From contig NC_135901.1 of the NCBI RefSeq assembly GCF_964194155.1, positions 34,038,001 through 34,102,000 of the forward strand: a DNA stretch of 64,000 nt, given 5' to 3'. Shown here in pieces: positions 23,766 to 36,429 of the stretch. The stretch is from Cetorhinus maximus (taxonomy: Eukaryota). Made by a program: the position numbers and the translations under genes. The notes beneath the pieces were generated by a model, which was not told where the DNA came from, searched no databases, and saw only the letters and a program-made list of their open reading frames with translations. Positions within the stretch are counted from its first letter, which is position 1. Every line of letters starts with the position of its first letter.

Positions 23766-24737
23766 CCCCTGAGTTATGGTCACTATCCGCAAAATGCTCC
23801 TCTACTGATATGCCTTCCACCTGCCCGGGCTCATTTCCGAATATTAGGTCCAGAACTGCCCCCCTCCCTTGTTGGGCTTCCTGCGTACTGGCTAAAAAAG
23901 TTCTCCTGGATGCAACTTAAGAATTTTTCTCCTTCCTTACCTTGCACACTAAAATTATCCCAGTTAATATTTGGGTAGTTTAAATCCCCTACTATTGCTG
24001 CCTTATTATTCTTACACTTCTCTGAAATTTGATTACATGTTTGATCCTCTATCTCTCCATGACTGTTTGGGGGCCGGTAGTACACACCAAACAGCATGTT
24101 TGTCCCTTTTGTATTTTTTACTTCTACCCAAGTGGCCTCACTTGATGATCCTTCCAAGATATCATCCTTCCTCACTGCTATAATTGATTCCTTGATCAAT
24201 ATTGCAACCCCCTCCTCTTCTATCCCTGTCTCTATCTCGTCTGAATGCCCTATAACCATGCCAATTCTGCCCTTCTTTTAGCCAAGTCTCGGACATAGCT
24301 ATGATATCATACTTCCACATGCCTATCTGTGCCCTCAGCTCGTCTGTCTTACTCCTCAGGCTCCTTGCATTAAAATATGTTCCGTTTAGCCTTGCTGAAC
24401 TCACTTCTTTCTTATCTAGCCTATGTTTCCTTTGCCTTCCAGACTCACGTATTAGCGTCTTAACTTCTCATTCTACCTCAGCTTCTCTCCCCTCTGAACT
24501 ACTTTTCAGGATCTCATACCCCTGCCGATTTAGTTGAAATCTGCTGTTAATTAAACCCAGTCAGAACTATGGCAGAGAACCTGTGCACTTTATTTGTCAT
24601 ACGAATTGTCTTGATGATGTTACATATTGGCCCTTGGGCTCCATTCGTCATCATATCACAAACAATCATTTCCCATTCAGAAAAATGACCTTTCAATTGA
24701 ACAGGGTTCAGAATGTACCCCATACTCACAGCAGGAG

Positions 24738-25100
24738 CTCGCTGCGCATGCGCATTGCGGCCATCTTCATGAGCATGCGTAGTGCTGGACCGTGTGAGCT
24801 TGGAGCATGCGCAGTGCTGGTCTGTGACTGAAGCTGCTTAGAGCGGGTGGGCGAATGTCGAGCGGAGCAAACTAACAGAGTTAGTGGGTGTGTGAGGAGG
24901 AATGGAGCCAGCAGAATTGGCAGGGAGGCTTCATAAAAACAACGTGCAGACCGCAGACCCCAAATAACAAGGTACCGCTCTTGTGTTTGCAGAGAACGGG
25001 CCGAAAGCTCTGGATTTCTCCCTTCGCCAGGCCCGGGGTAACGGCAGCCATCTTTATAGGGGCAATGTGCATCAGGGCGCATGCGCGTCCATAATGGTCC
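24738..25100 (+). promoter_or_regulatory. CpG-island ZNF promoter cassette (upstream of gene C and of leader remnant 25110-25265)
   Basis: tgcgcatgcgca, gcggccatctt, gagcatgcgcagt, gcagccatcttt and gcgcatgcgc motifs. Confidence 0.7.
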
Positions 25101-25384
25101 AGGTAGCAGGAGGAGAGAATATTGTGACTTTCTATGCTGGACTGACAGGGATGGATTTTGGAAACTCCTTTTACAGGCGGTTTGAAGGGGAGGATTTACA
25201 GATGGGAAAGTCAAGGCAAACATCACATTAAGATCCGACAGAGTCACTCGATTGACCAGAATCTGGATCCTCCTTTTCTAATGCTCTGTATGGACCGTTT
25301 CCCAAATCAATCGGTGTCAGTCCAGGATAGAAACAGGATATTATCGGCCTCTGAGTATTAGCATTAAGTTCCAGGTCATTACCA

Positions 25385-25690
25385 TTCATGGTTTAAAAAG
25401 GTGCTTTCTCACATCCCCTTTGTATCTCTTGCCCAAAATCTTAAATCCATGCCCTGTACTACTTTTACAATCAGCGAATGGAAACAGCTTTTCTTTATCT
25501 GCCTTATCGAAACCAGTCATAAACTTGTACACCTCAATCAAATTTGCCCTCAATCTCCTTCGCTCCAAGGAGAACAACCCCAGTTTCACTAACCTAACTT
25601 TACAACTAAATTCCCTCATCCCTCCAACCATTCTGGTAAATCTCCCCTGTACCCCCTCAAGGACCCTCACATCCTTCATAATGTGTGGTG
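25385..25690 (-). mobile_element. CR1 LINE fragment
   Basis: VLEGVQGRFTRMV..LGLFSLERRRLRANLIEVYK. Confidence 0.8.
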
Positions 25691-26224
25691 ATCCCTGGTT
25701 TGCACAGACCCAAATGTTCTGTGTTTGTGCCTCTGACATCATCACACATCGACAATTACATGTTGACATCACCCCGCTCCCCGGGTATTTCCTCAACTGG
25801 GAGATTTTTCTCTGACTCCAGTGCTTCTGATATCTTTCCAGCTGCAGGCTCCAGCAGGAGATTTTAACTTGGAAAAGAGTGAAATTCTTTCAGAGGTGAG
25901 TATTTTTAACTATCTACAATTTGGAGCTTTTAGTGCTGCGCTCTGTTATCTGTGTGAGGTCCTATGGCCCTGCTGCTGGTGTGGCTCCTTTACTGTGGAT
26001 CTGAATCCATATCTATCCATTGCACTGTTTCACCTCTGCCCTCCCTGATCATCTCTCTGCCATTGTTTAAGCTCCTCTGTCTCTAACCCTGGGTGTATTT
26101 TAACCATATTTAGTATTTTACTGTTACTTCTGCCAACTTATTCCAAATGGGGTTGCCACCGCTGTCCATTTCCTGATCATGTGCTGCTGGCTTACCAGCT
26201 TTATCTTCCCACAGTATCTTTCAT

Positions 26225-28640
26225 AGTCATACAAACATACAAATTAGGAGCAGAAGTCGGCCACTTGGTTCCTTGAGCCTGCTCCGCCATTCAATAAGAT
26301 CTGATTGTAACCTCAACCCCACATTCCTTCCCACCCCCGTTAACCTATCACCCCCTTGTTAATCAAGAATCTTTCTAGCTCTGCCTTAAAAATATTCAAA
26401 GACTTTGCTTCCACTGCCTTGTGAGGAAGAGAGTACCAAAGACTCACTAGCCTCTGTGAGGAAAAACGTTCTCCTCATCTCTGTCTTAAATGAGCAACCT
26501 CTTATTTTTAAACAGTGACCCCGAGTTCCACATTCTTCCACAAGAGGAAACATCCTCTCCACATCCACCCTGTCAAGACCCCTCAAGATCTTAATAGTTT
26601 CAATTAAGTCACCTCTTACTCTCTAAATTCCAGTGGATACAAGCCTAACCTGTCCAACCTTTCCTCATAAGACAACCCACCCGTTCCTGGTATTAGTCTA
26701 GTAAACCTTCTCTGAACTGCTAATGTATTTACATACTTCTTTAAATAAGACCAGTACTGTACACAGTACTCCAGATGTGGTCTCACCAATGCCTGTACAA
26801 CTGAAGCATAACCGCCCTACTTTTGTAATCAATTCCCCTCGCAATAAATTATAACATTCTATTAGCTTTCCTAATTACTTGTTGTACCTGCATACTAACC
26901 TTTTGTGATACATGCACTAGGACACCCAGATCCCTCTGTGCCTCAGAGCTCTGCAATCTCTCACCATTTGGATAAAAAGGAGATAGCTGAAAAGATAGTG
27001 GAGGCGTTAGTGGTGATCTTTCAGGAATCACTGGAGTCAAGGAGGGTCCCAGAGGACTGGAAAATCGCTAATGTAACCCCCCTGTTTAAGAAGGGAGTGA
27101 GGCAAAAGACAGGAAATTACAGGCCAATTAGCCTGACCTCGGTCGTTGGTAAGATTTTAGAGTCCATTATTAAGGATGAGATTTCAGAATACTTGGAAGT
27201 GCATTGTAAAATAGGGCAAAGTCAGCATGGTTTCATCAAGGGGAGGTCATGCCTGACAAATCTGTTAGAATTCTTTGAGGAGGTAACGAGTAGGTTAGAC
27301 AAATGAGAGCCAATGGATGTTATCTACTTGGACTTCAAGAAGGCCTTTGACAAGGTGCCGCACAGGAGGCTGCTCAGTAATATAAGAGCCCATGGTGTTA
27401 GAGGCAAGGTACTAGCATGGATAGAAGATTGGCTGTCTGGCAGGAGGCAGAGAGTGGGGATAAGGGGGGTCCTTCTCAGGATGGCAGCCGGTGACTAGTG
27501 GAGTTCCACAGGGGTCAGTGTTGGGACCACAACTTTTCACTTTATACATTAATGATCTAGATGAAGGAACTGAGGGCATCCTGGCTAAGTTTGCAGATGA
27601 TACAAAGATAGGTGGAGGGACAGGTAGTATTGAGGAGGTGGGGAGGCTGCAGAAGGATTTGGACAGGTTAGGAGAATGGGCAAAGAAGTGGCAGATGGAA
27701 TACAACGTGGGCAAGTGTGAGGTCATGCACTTTGGTAGGAAGAATAGAGGCATAGACTATTTTCTAAATGGGGAGAGAATTCAGAAATCTGGAGTGCAAA
27801 GGGAATCCTAGTCCAGGATTCTCTTAAGGTTAACTTGCAGGTTGAGTCAGTAGTTAGGAAGGCAAATGCAATGTTGGCATTTATTTCTAGAGGACTAGAA
27901 TATAAAAGCAGGGATGTGCTGCTGAGGCTCTGGTCAGACCACATTTAGAATATTGTGAGCAATTTTGGGCCCCGTATCTCAGGAAGGATGTTCTGGCCCT
28001 GGAGAGGGTCCAGAGGAGGTTCACGAGAATGATCCCAGGAATGAAAGGCTTAACATATGAGGAACGTTTGAGGACTCTGGGTCTATACTCGATGGAGTTT
28101 AGAAGGGTGAGGGGGGATCTGATTGAAACTTACAGAATACTGAAAGAATAGAGTGGACGTGGGGAAGATGTTTCCATTAGTAGGAGAGACTAGGACCCGA
28201 GGGCACAGCCTCTGAGTAAAGGGAAGACCTTTTAGAACAGAGATGAGGAGAAACTTCCTTAGCCAGAGAGTGGTGAATCTATGGAATTCATTGCCACAGA
28301 AGGCTGTGGAGGCCAGGTCATTGAGTGTATTTAAGACCGAGATAGATAGGTTCTTGATTGGTAAGGGGATCAAAGGTTACGGGGAGAAGACGGGAGAATG
28401 GAGTTGAGAAACTTATCAGCCATGATTGAATGGTGGAGCAGACTCGATGGGCCGAATGGCCTAATTTCTGCTCCTATGTCTTATGGTCTTAAAAGCTTCT
28501 TTTTTATTCTTCCTGACAAAATAATGATTTCACATTTGCCCACATTGTACTTCATTTGCCAAATCTTTCCCCACTCACTTAACCTATCTGTGTCACTTTG
28601 TAGCCTCCTTACGTCCTCTTCATAATTTGCTTTCCTATCT
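26225..28640. mobile_element. nested CR1 LINEs: older minus-strand copy (26225-26975, 28495-28640) split by younger plus-strand RT/3' copy (26976-28490)
   Basis: PEDWKIANVTPLFKKG, AFDKVPH, SGVPQGSVLGP and KFADDTK on +; CR1 C-terminus on - at both flanks. Confidence 0.88.
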
Positions 28641-29215
28641 ATCGTCGTGTCATGGAATTTGTGTTAGGAATTGCTTTTCTTGCGCTATAGACCACTTCTC
28701 TTCCAGTTCTGATCTTATATTGACCATCAAATTCTGCCCCATTTTTATTCCCTGCAATTCGTTCTACAGTCCCTGAAATGTTCACTCTGTTTCTAGAGCC
28801 ACAGGTACTTGCTGAGCTCTTTCTTTGCCTACTTCCCATGCCTCTCTCTTGCTCTCTGCCTCTCTCTGTCTCCTCCCATAGAGGCCAAAGTTTTGTGTGG
28901 ACACACACCGGTTGGCTGGCTGCCTTCCTCGAAGGACATTAGTGAATCAGATGAGTTTTTACAACAATTCAGCAGCTTTCATGGTCACTTTTTTCTAGTG
29001 CTGGTCCCACAAATTACCAGATTCATTCAGATCAATTTCACAACCCACCTTTGTGGTTTTTGTGGGTCTCTCTCACTCCCTTTTATCTGTTTTAAATCAA
29101 TTTCACAGAGTATTAGAAGTGGAGGATTTGCAGTCGGGAAACAAACCAAACATCACATCAGGATCTGACGGGGTCGCCCAATTTATCGTAACCTGAGTGT
29201 CATTGGATTTTGAAC

Positions 29216-30430
29216 ATGGAAGGAAAAAGCACCGTTCACAGTGGAGAGAAACCATGTTCTGTGTGTGGACGAGGTTTCAGCCAATCATCTGGCCTGTCAA
29301 AACATAAATGCAGTCAAAACGGGAAGAAGCCATGGAAATGTGGGGACTGTGGGAAAGGATTCAATTACCCATCGGAGCTGGAAATTCATCGACGCAGTCA
29401 CACTGGTGAGAGACCGTTCACCTGTTCCGAGTGTGGGAAGGGATATACTGATTCTTTCAACCTGATGACACACCAGCGAGTTCACACCGGGGAGAGACCT
29501 TTCACCTGCTCCCAGTGTGGGAAGGGATTCATTAATTCATCCAACCTGATGATACACCAAAGAGTTCACACTGACGAGAGACCGTTCAGGTGCTCTTACT
29601 GTGGCACAGGCTTCAAGCAATCATCTAATCTCACGGTTCACCAGCGAGTTCACACTGGGGAGAGGCCGTTCACCTGCTCTGAGTGTGGGAAGGGATTCAC
29701 TCAGTCATCCAACCTGCTGACACACCAGCGGGTTCACACTGATGAGAGGCCTTTTAAATGCCCAAAATGCGGAAAGTGTTATAAAAGTTCCAGGGAGCTG
29801 ATGTCTCATCAGCGTGTTCACAATGATGAGAGACCTTTTAAATGCCCAGATTGTGGAAAGTGTTATAAAAGCTCTAAGGAACTGATGTCCCATCAACGTA
29901 TTCACACTGACGAGAGACCATTCAGGTGCTTTCACTGTGGGACTGGGTTCAGGCGATCATCTCAGCTCACTGTACACCAGCGAATTCACACTGGGGAGAG
30001 GCCGTTCACCTGCTCCGAGTGTGGGAAGAGATTCACTCACTCATCCCACCTGCTGACACACCAACGGGTTCACACTGACAAGAGACCTTTTACATGTACA
30101 GAGTGCGGGAAGTGCTTTAAAAGTTCCCAGGAACTGATGTCCCATCAACGTGTTCACACGGATGAGAGACGGTTCAGGTGCATTCACTGCGGGGCTGGGT
30201 TCAGGTGGTCATCCCATCTCACTGTACACCAGCGCATTCACACTGGGGAGAGGCCATTCACCTGCTCTGAGTGTGGGACGGGATTCACCAGCTCATCAGA
30301 CCTGCTGAGACACCAACGAGTTCACACTGGGGAGAGACCATTCATCTGCAGTGAGTGTGGGAAGGGATTCATTAATTCATTCAACTTGAAGACACACCAA
30401 AGAGTTCACACTGACAAAAAGCCCTTTTGA
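29216..30430 (+). CDS. C2H2 zinc-finger protein C: 13 canonical + 1 degenerate finger; stop followed by ~3 decayed fingers to ~30665
   Basis: aacATGg start ([13 protein letters not shown]); acceptor tttcacag at 29101-29108. Confidence 0.88.
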   Translation: MEGKSTVHSGEKPCSVCGRGFSQSSGLSKHKCSQNGKKPWKCGDCGKGFNYPSELEIHRRSHTGERPFTCSECGKGYTDSFNLMTHQRVHTGERPFTCSQCGKGFINSSNLMIHQRVHTDERPFRCSYCGTGFKQSSNLTVHQRVHTGERPFTCSECGKGFTQSSNLLTHQRVHTDERPFKCPKCGKCYKSSRELMSHQRVHNDERPFKCPDCGKCYKSSKELMSHQRIHTDERPFRCFHCGTGFRRSSQLTVHQRIHTGERPFTCSECGKRFTHSSHLLTHQRVHTDKRPFTCTECGKCFKSSQELMSHQRVHTDERRFRCIHCGAGFRWSSHLTVHQRIHTGERPFTCSECGTGFTSSSDLLRHQRVHTGERPFICSECGKGFINSFNLKTHQRVHTDKKPF

Positions 30431-31319
30431 ATGCCAGAGCGCAGGAAATGCTTTCAAAGTTCCAGGGAGCTAATGCCTCTAATGTGTTCACATTGACGAG
30501 AGACCATTCAGGCACTCTCGCTGTGTGACTGGGTTCACACAATCATCTCAACTCACATTACACCAGCGAATTCACTCCGGGGAGAGACCATTCACCTGCT
30601 CCAAGTGTGGGAAGAGATTCACTCACTCATCCCACCCTGCTGACACACCAGCGAGTTCATGAGTAATGAGTGATTGTATTTTGCTGTTAATCACACCCAG
30701 GACTGAGCCATGTTCATTGGGGTCTGTTACTGCTGATGTTAATAAACTCCAGACCAGTTATAGGGGTTAATATTCTGGACAAAAATCAGTTGGATCTGAT
30801 TTGTGTTAAACATACGTTGTCTTGAGTCTTTTTAATATCACTAACACAAATTTTGAACGTAGGAACGTGTTCTGGTATTTTGGAGCAGCAAGTCAGGGAA
30901 ATATTGGGCTACAGAGTCACAACAACATTCTATTCTTTCTCCATGTGACCTGTCTCAGAATTCTCTTCATCAACCAGACTGTCAATATGAGGGGAATTAA
31001 CGCCTTCAATAATTCCAAGAGAAAGTAGAGGCTGTAATTATCCAGAGAAATTGTTCTGAAATTTTACAACCTCCCAGAGTGGCAATAGACAGCTCATTGT
31101 TATAATTGTGTTGTTGCCTCTGTCGCAGATGTTGTTCAATATAGATTTAATGTTCAGAGAAAGGGGTGGGATTGGATGGTCAAAACTGCTCACTGTCACT
31201 GGTGGGTGATTTTTACTTGAGTTTGCTGAAAATTGTGGTCCTCACAGGCACCAAAACCTTATCCCTAGTATTGGTCACTTTAGTTGGTGTTGTCCACCCA
31301 ATTGTTCAGGAAGTATCCT

Positions 31320-31503
31320 CGTGTGTCTCTCTGAGTGTGGGGATGTGTGTACGTGTGTGTGTGTGTGTGTGACAAACAGAGAATGTGTGTGTAGGTCTCT
31401 GTTTGGATGTCTGTGTGTGAATGTGGAGAGAGGATGTCTGTGTGTGTCTACATGCATGTGGGTATGGAGCAGTTGTCTGTGTGTGTGTGGTTGTCTATGC
31501 GTG
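31320..31503. repeat. degenerate (GT)n microsatellite
   Basis: Visible GT runs. Confidence 0.85.
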
Positions 31504-32484
31504 CTGCTTCTCATCAGCTGTAACACAAACCTTCCTCTCCAAGTAGACAACATAGCTTCTGAGAATCCCATCGAGTGATGTGATTAGGGCAATTAGGGAT
31601 GGGCAATAAATGCTGGCCTAGCCAGTGAAGCCCACATCCCTGAATGAATAATAAAAAAAGAATGGTACAGTTCGGAGATTCTTCATCCAGGGTGAAACCA
31701 CAGACTGGCCGTGTGCTGTGTAAAACCTGACATCTACACAACCAGACCTGCTTCTTTTGGAACAACATGAAGTGTCTGCTGCTTTCCAGATCCATTCCTT
31801 GCCCCTCACTATTATTCTCAGAAAATTCACAACTTCCTTGTGTACATCATCCTCCAACACGCCTATGGTTTCCACTTTAAATATTTCCATCGGTTTTCTT
31901 CACAGACAGCAATGGGATTGTTGCTATCACAGGAACAGTTCTAAAATACTGTCCCTCTGATCTTCAGGCTTCCTGGAGTAATACACTGATCCAGTTCTTC
32001 CCACCTAACACAAATCCATAACCCAATCTGAGTTCCAGATTTTAATGTGATTGTCTAAAATAGAAAACATGTATCATTTAACCCATTTAAACCTGAGTCA
32101 GCACATCCCCTCCACACATACTACAAGAGGTTGTCTTTGAGATTAGTTGTTCCTTTGTAGTCTGTGTTGTTCTGAATGATGACAATATTAACCTTCCCCC
32201 TAACCTGTCCTAACCCTGCTGCCCGTTCATTTATTGAAACCGGGGACTCTTGTTCTAATGGTGACTTTCCCTGTCTGCCTAGTCATTCCTTGAAGTCAGC
32301 CCTTGAATTGTTTGTACAGTGTTTCATCATGTTCTCACATTTCAGTAACAAATGTTGAAATGTTTGCTCCACACCCACAGGGTTTCATCTGTTTAAAGCC
32401 ATAAACAGAAAGGTCCAGTTTTCTCCTGGATTTGAGGGAAATCAGCTTTCAGGATGATGCAAAGTTTCAGCCAATGAGGGAGAT

Positions 32485-32960
32485 CCGGGCTCAGCCCCGC
32501 CCCTCATTCACTCCGATTGGTTGGAAGGCCTAGTCGCTCCTGTTCGGTCCTCCTGTCGTGCCCCCTCTTCCTATTGGTCCGGAGCTGCCGTCAATCATCC
32601 GGGAGCATGCGCAGTGCGGGTGATGGACAGACGCTTGGTTGTTGGATTTCAGGCGGTGAGAACGCGGCGAACCGGAGGCAGCGTTGGGGCAGTGGGCGGG
32701 CAGGAAGGCTTCAGAAACACACCCGGTGTAGGCCACAGCCCGCGAACAAGAAACTCCCGGGCGGTTCCTCTCCGGTGCCGCGATTGTCCGGAGCCGCTGT
32801 TTCCCCGGGACCGGTTTAATGGCCGCCATCTTGTTTCAGCGGGGAGCAGGGCGCATGTGCGGCCATAATGGTGACGTAATGGAATGGGCGGAGCTTGGGC
32901 TGGATGACGAAGGCGGAAGAGAATGAGAGCAGGAAGCCAGGAGTGCGCACGTGACTGGGG
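32485..32960 (+). promoter_or_regulatory. CpG-island ZNF promoter cassette (gene D)
   Basis: gccccgcccc, two attgg, gagcatgcgcagt, candidate donor gcg|gtgaga at ~32656, ggccgccatctt, gcgcatgtgc. Confidence 0.72.
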
Positions 32961-34012
32961 AATGCCTGACAATGTGCATTGAGAAGGTGAGGCTGAGCTG
33001 CCAGCGGTTCAAGAAGGTAGCTCAACACCACCTTCTCAAGGGCAATTAGGGATGGGTAATAAATGTACTGGGCTTGACTCCTCAGTCTTTCACTGTCCCC
33101 TTCCCACCTCTTTTGCCTTGCACTGGCCTCACCCCTATCTCCTGCAGTCTCTGTCTTTCTCTTCCCCCTTTTCTCTCTCTCTCCTCCTCTCAAATCAAGG
33201 TAAGCCCCTTCCTCTCTCCTCTGTTAGTTAGACAGGCCCAGGTAACAACCTCTATCTTTGGAGGGGTAACTTGCTGCCGGGCACATGCGCGGCTATCCTA
33301 AGAAGATACATTGAGAAATGCCAGCAGGAGTAGGCCATTTGGCCCATTTAGCCTGCACCCTCTTTCCATAAGGCGTTGGCTGAATGGATTGTGGCCTCAA
33401 TTCTATTTTCGTGCACTTCTGACTCCCAGGTAGATCAAGAATCTGTCTAACTTGGCCTTGAATATATCCACTGACCCCAACTTCCACTGGTCTCAGGGGA
33501 AGAGAATACCAAAGGGAAGAAATTGCTCCTCATCTCCATTTTAAATGGAAGACCCCTTACTTTGAAATAATAACCCCTAGATCTAGATTCCCCCATGAGA
33601 GCCACTCAGTATCTACCCTATCAGGAACCCTCAGAATCTTATATGTTTCAGTGAGATAACCTCTCATTTTTCTAAACTCCAATGAGTATAGGCCCAACCT
33701 GCTCAACCTTTCCTTAAATGCCAAACCCCAGTGGAGTTTGTAGCAGGGACTGAAGACAATGGCTTCAATCTTCCCAATGTTTAAATGGAGGAAATTTCTG
33801 CTCATCCGGTACTGGATGTCAGACAGGTCAGGACGGTGTGTGACTTGGAGGGGAACTTGGTGTTCACATTCTCCTGTTACCCCGGTCCTTCTAGGGCGTG
33901 GAGGTTGAGGATTTTTAAGGTTTTTTTCAAAGTTCTGGTTTAGGTCCATAGAAACTTTCTTCTCACTCCCTGTCTCTCTGACCCCCCCTTTGCTTTCTGT
34001 TTCTCCAACTTC

Positions 34013-34508
34013 TAAGACATAGGAGCAGAAATTAGGCCATTCGGCCCATCGAGTCTGCTCCGCCATTCAATCATGGCTGATAAGTTTCTCAACCCCATTC
34101 TCCCGCCTTTTCTCCATAACCTTTGATCCCCTTACCAATCAAGAACCTATCTATCTCGGTCTTAAATACAGTCAACCTGGCCTCCACAACCTTCTGCGGC
34201 AATGAATTCCATAGATTCCCCACTCTCTGGCTAAAGAAGTTTCTCCTCATCTCTGTTCTAAAAGGTCTCCCCTTTACTCTGAGGCTGTGCCCTCGGGTCC
34301 TAGTCTCTCCTACTAATGGAAACATCTTTCCCACATCCACTCTATCCAGGCCTTTCAGTATTCTGTAAGTTTCAATCAGATCCCCCCTCATCCTTCTAAA
34401 CTCCATCGAGTATAGACCCAGAGTCCTCATACGTCCTCATATGTTAAGCCTTTCATTCCTGGGATCATTCTCGTGAACCTCCTCTGGACCCTCTGCAGGG
34501 CCAGCACA
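34013..34508 (-). mobile_element. young CR1 LINE 3' end
   Basis: Near-identical inverted copy of ~27990-28490. Confidence 0.9.
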
Positions 34509-34509
34509 T

Positions 34510-34828
34510 CATTTTCTTCTTCCCTTCTCTCGCATTCCCCTTCTCTCTCAGCCTCACGAACTTCCCCTTCTATCTCTCTCTCTCGCACTCCCCTTCTCTC
34601 TTGGCCTCTCGCTCTCCCCTTCTCTCTCAGCCTCTCCCATTCCTTCTCTCTCTCAGCCTCTCGCACTCCCCTTCTCTCTCTCTCTCTCGCACTCGCCTTC
34701 TCTCTTGGCCTCTCGCTCTCCCCTTCTCTCTCTCTCTCGTACTCCCCTTCTCTCTCTCGGCCTCTCCCATTCCCCTTCTCTCTCTCGGCCACTCCCACTC
34801 CCCTTCTCTCTTGTTCTCTCTCGGTCAC
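34510..34828. repeat. CT-rich polypyrimidine repeat
   Basis: Reiterated ctccccttctctctc units. Confidence 0.9.
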
Positions 34829-35367
34829 ATAGATTTCTCCAGCCCAGCAGGTTGTGTTTGCTCCATTATTGAATATATTTCAGGCTTTTTGTCCATCGGC
34901 AAGTCAAGGGACATGGGGAGCGGGTGAGGAAGTGGAGTTGAAGCCCAAGATCAGCGACGATCGTATTGAATGGTGTAGCAGGCTCAATGGGTCGTTAGGT
35001 CTTCTCTTGTTTCTATTTTTTATGTTCTTATAGAGGCCAGAGTCTTGTGTAGCCCAGACCGGGTGGCAGGTTCCCTTCCCTGAAGGACATTAGTGAACCA
35101 GTTGGGTTTTTATAACAATACAGCAGTTTTCATGGTCACTTTTTCCTCGTGCCGGCCTCACAAATTCCCAGATTCATTCAGCTCAATTTCACAACCAGCC
35201 TTTCTGTTTTTGTGGGTCTCTCTCACCTCCTTCATTTTGTTTTAAATCAATTTCACAGGGTATTAGAAGGGGAGGATTTGCAGTCGAGAAACATAAACTA
35301 AACCTCACATCAGGATCTGATGGCGTCGCCCAGTTTATCGTAACCTGAATATCATCGGATTTTGAAC

Positions 35368-36237
35368 ATGGAAGGAAAAAGCACCGTTCACAGTGGGGAG
35401 AAACCGTACACGTGTTGTGTGTGTGGACGAGGCTTCAGCCGATCATTTGACCTGTCAAAACATGAATGCAGTCACAACAGGGAGAAACCGTGGAAATGCA
35501 GTCATTGTGGGAAGGGATTCAGATCCCCGTCTAACTTGGAAACTCATTGCCGCAGTCACACTGGGGAGAGGCCGTTCACCTGCTCTGAGTGTGGAAAGGG
35601 ATTCATAAATTCATCCCACCTGCTGAGACACCAGCGAATTCACACTCAGGAAAGACCATTCACCTGCTCTGAGTGTGGGAAAGGATTTACTCAGTCATCC
35701 CACCTGCAGACACACCAGCGAGTTCACACTGGGGAGAGGCCGTTCACCTGCTGTGTGTGTGGGAAGGGATTCACTGATGCATCTAATCTGCAGACACATC
35801 AGCGAGTTCACACTGGGGAGAGGCCGTTCACCTGCTCCGAGTGTGGGAAGGGATTCACTGATGCATCCAATCTGCAAACACACCAGCGAGTTCACACTGA
35901 TAAGAGACCTTTTAAATGCCCGGACTGTGGGAAGTGCTATAAAAGTTCCGGGGAACTGATGATCCATCAACGTGTTCACACTGATGAGAGACCGTTCAGG
36001 TGCTCTCACTGTGGAACTGGGTTCAGGCAATCATCTAGACTCACTCTACACCAGCGAATTCACACTGGAGAGAGGCCGTTCACCTGCTCCGTGTGTGGGA
36101 AAGGATTCACTCAGTCATCCAACCTGCTGACACACCAGCGAGTTCACACTGGGGAGAGGCCGTTTATCTGCTCAATTTGTGGGAACGCATTCTCTACCTC
36201 ACGCTATCTGCTGAGACACCTGCAAGTTCACAAGTAA
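35368..36237 (+). CDS. C2H2 zinc-finger protein D, 10 fingers
   Basis: Intact ORF from aacATGg; acceptor tttcacag at 35251-35258; aataaa at 36361. Confidence 0.92.
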   Translation: MEGKSTVHSGEKPYTCCVCGRGFSRSFDLSKHECSHNREKPWKCSHCGKGFRSPSNLETHCRSHTGERPFTCSECGKGFINSSHLLRHQRIHTQERPFTCSECGKGFTQSSHLQTHQRVHTGERPFTCCVCGKGFTDASNLQTHQRVHTGERPFTCSECGKGFTDASNLQTHQRVHTDKRPFKCPDCGKCYKSSGELMIHQRVHTDERPFRCSHCGTGFRQSSRLTLHQRIHTGERPFTCSVCGKGFTQSSNLLTHQRVHTGERPFICSICGNAFSTSRYLLRHLQVHK

Positions 36238-36429
36238 CTACAGTAATTGGTTTTTGCAGTTAATCACATCAAGGACTGAACCATGTTCATTGAGGTCTGT
36301 TTCTGTTGATGTTTATAAGCTCCAGACCAGCAAAATGTGTTAATATTCTGGATAAAGTCAAATAAATCAGCTTTGTGTTAAACAAACCGGGTGTTGAATA
36401 TTTTTAATTTCTCCAACACAAGTTAGCTC

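Larger units (their letters stand above)
21410..24537 (-). mobile_element. CR1 LINE, most of ORF2 (APE + RT + 3' UTR), frameshifted and interrupted
   Basis: YFNARS, IAMSETWL, PEDWKTANVVPLFK, QHGFVKGRSCLTNL, LGPLLFLVYINDL, FVDDTK and [11 protein letters not shown] motifs. Confidence 0.93.

Noticed and set aside
23312-23920. Pro-rich/Gly-rich ORFs
   Set aside because: Translations of the C-rich low-complexity tract.
32517-32972. Overlapping ORFs in GC-rich islands (also 9066-9597, 18576-19326, 46567-46989, 60568-60891)
   Set aside because: Stop-poor CpG-island sequence; frames are not conserved between paralogous cassettes.
34427-34927. Arg/Glu-rich and Ser/Leu-rich ORFs
   Set aside because: Translations of a CT microsatellite fused to a CR1 fragment.
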